Source: Thalia democratica (lineage: Eukaryota). Taken from it: a DNA stretch of 64,000 nucleotides. Under the pieces are notes generated by a model, which saw nothing but the letters and a program-made list of their open reading frames with translations, searched no databases and was not told where the DNA came from. The stretch is from the NCBI GenBank assembly GCA_965202585.1, contig OZ241834.1, positions 30,938,001 to 31,002,000 of the forward strand, given 5' to 3'. Position numbers and translations under genes: made by a program. Shown piece after piece: positions 62,001 through 64,000 of the stretch (positions are counted from its first letter, which is position 1; each line of letters opens with the position of its first letter).

Positions 62001-64000
62001 TTGTCACAAATTTTGAATAACAAACCTCTTCGACATCCAAGTCCAACGGCGCCGACGGTGCGTTGGTTATCTTGAGACTTTCCTCCGTCTCTTTCGGCAC
62101 TCCGGCGCCGTACTTGTTGAAAGCGGTCACGCGGAAGTTGTACGTCTTCCCTTCGACCAGCCCCGATATCCTCACCACGGTCCTGGTGCAGTCCACGGAC
62201 ACTTTCTCCCAGTGCTGCAGCACCACGTCGCACTTTTCGACCGCGTAGTGCGTCACCGGGGAGGCTCCGTCAAACTCGGGTTCCTCCCAGGCGAGCGTCA
62301 CCGCCTCGGACTTGACCTCCTTGTAGACGATCTCGCCCACCCGGCCCGGAACGTCCTTGACGTCGACGGTGAACCTGAGGCTCCTCTTGCCGGCGGCGTT
62401 CTCGATCGTCAGCACGTACTTGCCGGCGTCCTCTCGCTTTACTGTTTCGAGGAAGACGCTCGAGCTTCGGTCGTTGGTTGTTGTGACAGCGTCAGATGAG
62501 ATCTCTTTGTTGTTATCTCTCGCCCAAGAAGCCGTCGGAGTTGGTAAACCGATAAACGAAGCTCCGATAGTGAGAGCTCCGCCGCTGTTCACAACCATTT
62601 TGTTTTTGAAGTCATCGCCAAACACGAACTCTGGTTCTTCAAAGCGGTCAACAGCTTTAATGAAGTCATTGCATTCACAAGGTTGGCCGAGACCAGCTTT
62701 GTTTATTGCTTTTACCTGTATTTCATATACCTGGTCTTCTTCTAGTCCTTCAACAACCATTTTACAGTCAGTTACTGGTGTGTTATTGACAACAGACCAC
62801 TCAGCACTGTCTGTTGCGTCAAACTTCTTCTTGTCAACTACATACCCGGTAACTTCACTTCCGTTATCGTTCAGTGGAGCTTCCCAGTCAATTGTAGCTG
62901 AGTTCTTTGATGTATCAACCAACCTTACAAGACATGGAGGTCCTGGTGGTAAGACTGGCATGCAACATTCGATCATAGGAGATCTGTTGCTTGGTAAGCT
63001 GACACCAGCAGCATTCTCGGCGTATACACGGAACTCGTAGAAAGCTCCTTCAATTAAGCTAGTGATACGGTACTGAGTATCTGTGATGGCTTCTTCGTTG
63101 CAACTAGCCCATCTCTCGCCTTTGTTTTTGAGCCTTTCAACGTGGTAAGCTGTTATTTTGCTGCCACCGTTGTTTTCGGGTGCGTTCCACTTAATGGTGA
63201 TCGAGTTGAAGTGAGTTCTGATTGCCTCCGGTCTGCTTGGAGCATCAGGTACATCAAATTGATATTTCGGCACGAAAGGCAGTGACTGTAAGTAAGGACC
63301 GACTCCGATCGAGCTAACTGCTTTTATTCTGAAGCTATACTCGTGACCTTCTTGCAGTCTGATCACTTTGACCGCAGTCGTCTCACTGTGGTCATTTATT
63401 ATTTCCCAGCTCAGTTTTGACGTGTCGCATTTTGAAACGATGTAGTACAAAACATCGGCACCTCCGTCACAGACAGGAGGACTCCATGAAAGCATACATC
63501 CCTTTGCTGTCACTTCTGTGAACTTTACAGGACCTTCAGGTGCTCCTGGTGTGTCAACAACAACCACATTTACTGCAGCTGATGCATCTCCACTGAGATT
63601 TGAAGCTGTAAGCTCGTATTTGCCTGCATCTTCACGAGTCACTTTTTCAATGACAAGTGTAGAAGATCCACGTGTTGTTGTGATGCAACTTCTTATGTCT
63701 TCAGCGATGTCTTCTGGACTGTTTACTTTTTTCCATGATATAATTGGTCTTGGTGAGCCTGTTACAAGCATTTCAACTTGTAATTGCTTACCTTGCTCAA
63801 TTTTGATCTTATCAGAGCCAGACACAACCACTTTAGGTACTTCAGGTGTATCTTTGAATAGAATTGGGCCACAAACATCAGATGATGGTCCTACAATTCC
63901 ACTCTTGTTACGTGCAGACACTCTGAACTCATACGAAGCTAATCTAATAAGATCTTCAACTTCATACTCACATTTGTCTACAACATCATAGTTGCATCTG
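34977..64000 (-). CDS. TTN: Titin/connectin, 3' part: C-zone, P-zone, kinase and M-band. The 5' end is beyond the window.
   Basis: Phase-consistent GT-AG exons (high to low): >64000-62026, 61914-61650, 61344-61210, 61139-60993, 60835-60536, 60330-60145, 60003-57779, 57576-57312, 57089-56955, 56770-56630, 56301-56114, 55916-55805, 55651-55463, 55207-51953, 51689-44157, 43931-43688, 43474-43136, 42856-42674, 42507-42365, 42232-42020, 41850-41517, 41352-41023, 40825-40618, 40390-40277, 40115-39999, 39861-39737, 39527-39348, 38997-38494, 38334-38066, 37993-37840, 37733-37105, 36878-36659, 36334-36167, 35940-35672, 35345-35207, 35136-34977 (TAA at 34979-34977). Translation shows Ig-Fn-Fn-Ig-Fn-Fn-Fn-Ig-Fn-Fn-Fn repeats, then Ig-Ig-Fn-Fn-Ig-Ig-Fn, a kinase with HFDICPEN (titin-type HFD), and a terminal M10-like Ig (PKISRIPSKIQVGRGKVINV...GVYELQVRGENGSD). 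Confidence 0.96.
37410..37602 (-). repeat. TTN: Coding 30-bp minisatellite in the titin M-band linker before M5: (EARSSSR[I/M/L][Q/H]Q) x6
   Basis: The unit ctgctggaagaccttgcctcttgctgaatt repeats in tandem, visible in ORF 37061..37732. Confidence 0.92.
43411..44613 (-). CDS. TTN: Titin kinase domain (CAMK/DAPK-like fold, pseudokinase-like), split over three exons
   Basis: YQLFEVLGLSDECKVY..TFAVK..KEI..HFDICPEN..VKLVGLENS..TRAEFGSPE..DMWSVGV..FVDRLLVKDRSERMTIQEALSHPWF. It is followed by a tail (HRSLY) and an M1-like Ig (HAIGKKGEDVKLSC). Confidence 0.93.
44157..51689 (-). CDS. TTN: Titin giant exon (7533 nt): end of the penultimate C-zone repeat, last C-zone repeat, P-zone (A164-A170 equivalent) and kinase up to the activation segment
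   Basis: Matches the 2511-aa ORF 44140..51675. Acceptor ..aaaaacag|GATTAACC at 51689, donor ATCAAAA|gtaagt at 44157. Length is 2+3n+1, which fits the flanking phases. Confidence 0.95.
56421..56470 (-). pseudogene. Decayed partial duplicate of titin exon 56770-56630 inside the downstream intron
   Basis: Reads QLVYKLGFYLVHVDVL|gatagt versus QLCVQNKLGSNLYNIQVDVL|gttagt in the real exon. Adjacent intron sequence is also duplicated (56381-56420 vs 56590-56629). Confidence 0.65.

Noticed and set aside
44224-63991. Many long plus-strand and alternate-frame ORFs (e.g. 44746..47694, 982 aa) as overlapping genes
   Set aside because: These are shadows of titin's GC3-rich codon usage, which removes stop codons in other frames. 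They have no domain motifs and end where titin exons end.
12897-64000. Non-canonical introns or a reassigned genetic code
   Set aside because: Every intron traced is GT-AG, although many donors are weak (GTTTGT, GTTAGT, GTTTTA), and all four genes read open in the standard code.

Overview
This is eukaryotic nuclear DNA, not prokaryotic: GT-AG introns and intergenic DNA are very AT-rich and exons are GC-rich. It is most plausibly an invertebrate chordate (tunicate-like); that is an inference from titin architecture and intron style. Right half (34977 to >64000, minus strand): the 3' part of a titin/connectin gene. I traced 36 exons in phase by hand. They encode four complete 11-domain C-zone super-repeats plus the tail of a fifth, the Ig-Ig-Fn-Fn-Ig-Ig-Fn P-zone, a degenerate titin kinase, and an M-band of only 7 Ig domains (M1-M6 and M10). 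Directly downstream on the same strand is a separate 5-exon gene (30756-32600, 307 aa) with no Ig/Fn3 domains. It is built from the motifs of titin's unstructured M-is2 insertion and is the most novel element in the window. A dense CRE/E-box cluster lies between the two genes. Left half: two intact 10-exon CYP7/CYP8-like P450 genes in tail-to-tail inverted orientation (12897-17519 +, 19902-25168 -), plus an orphan third copy of the heme-cysteine exon (8851). Transposons include a Mutator/Foldback-type element with a 9-bp TSD, an internally deleted hAT with an 8-bp TSD, a 120-bp palindromic MITE and a Penelope-like RT fragment. Human titin and CYP sequences quoted for comparison are recalled from memory and need verification by alignment.
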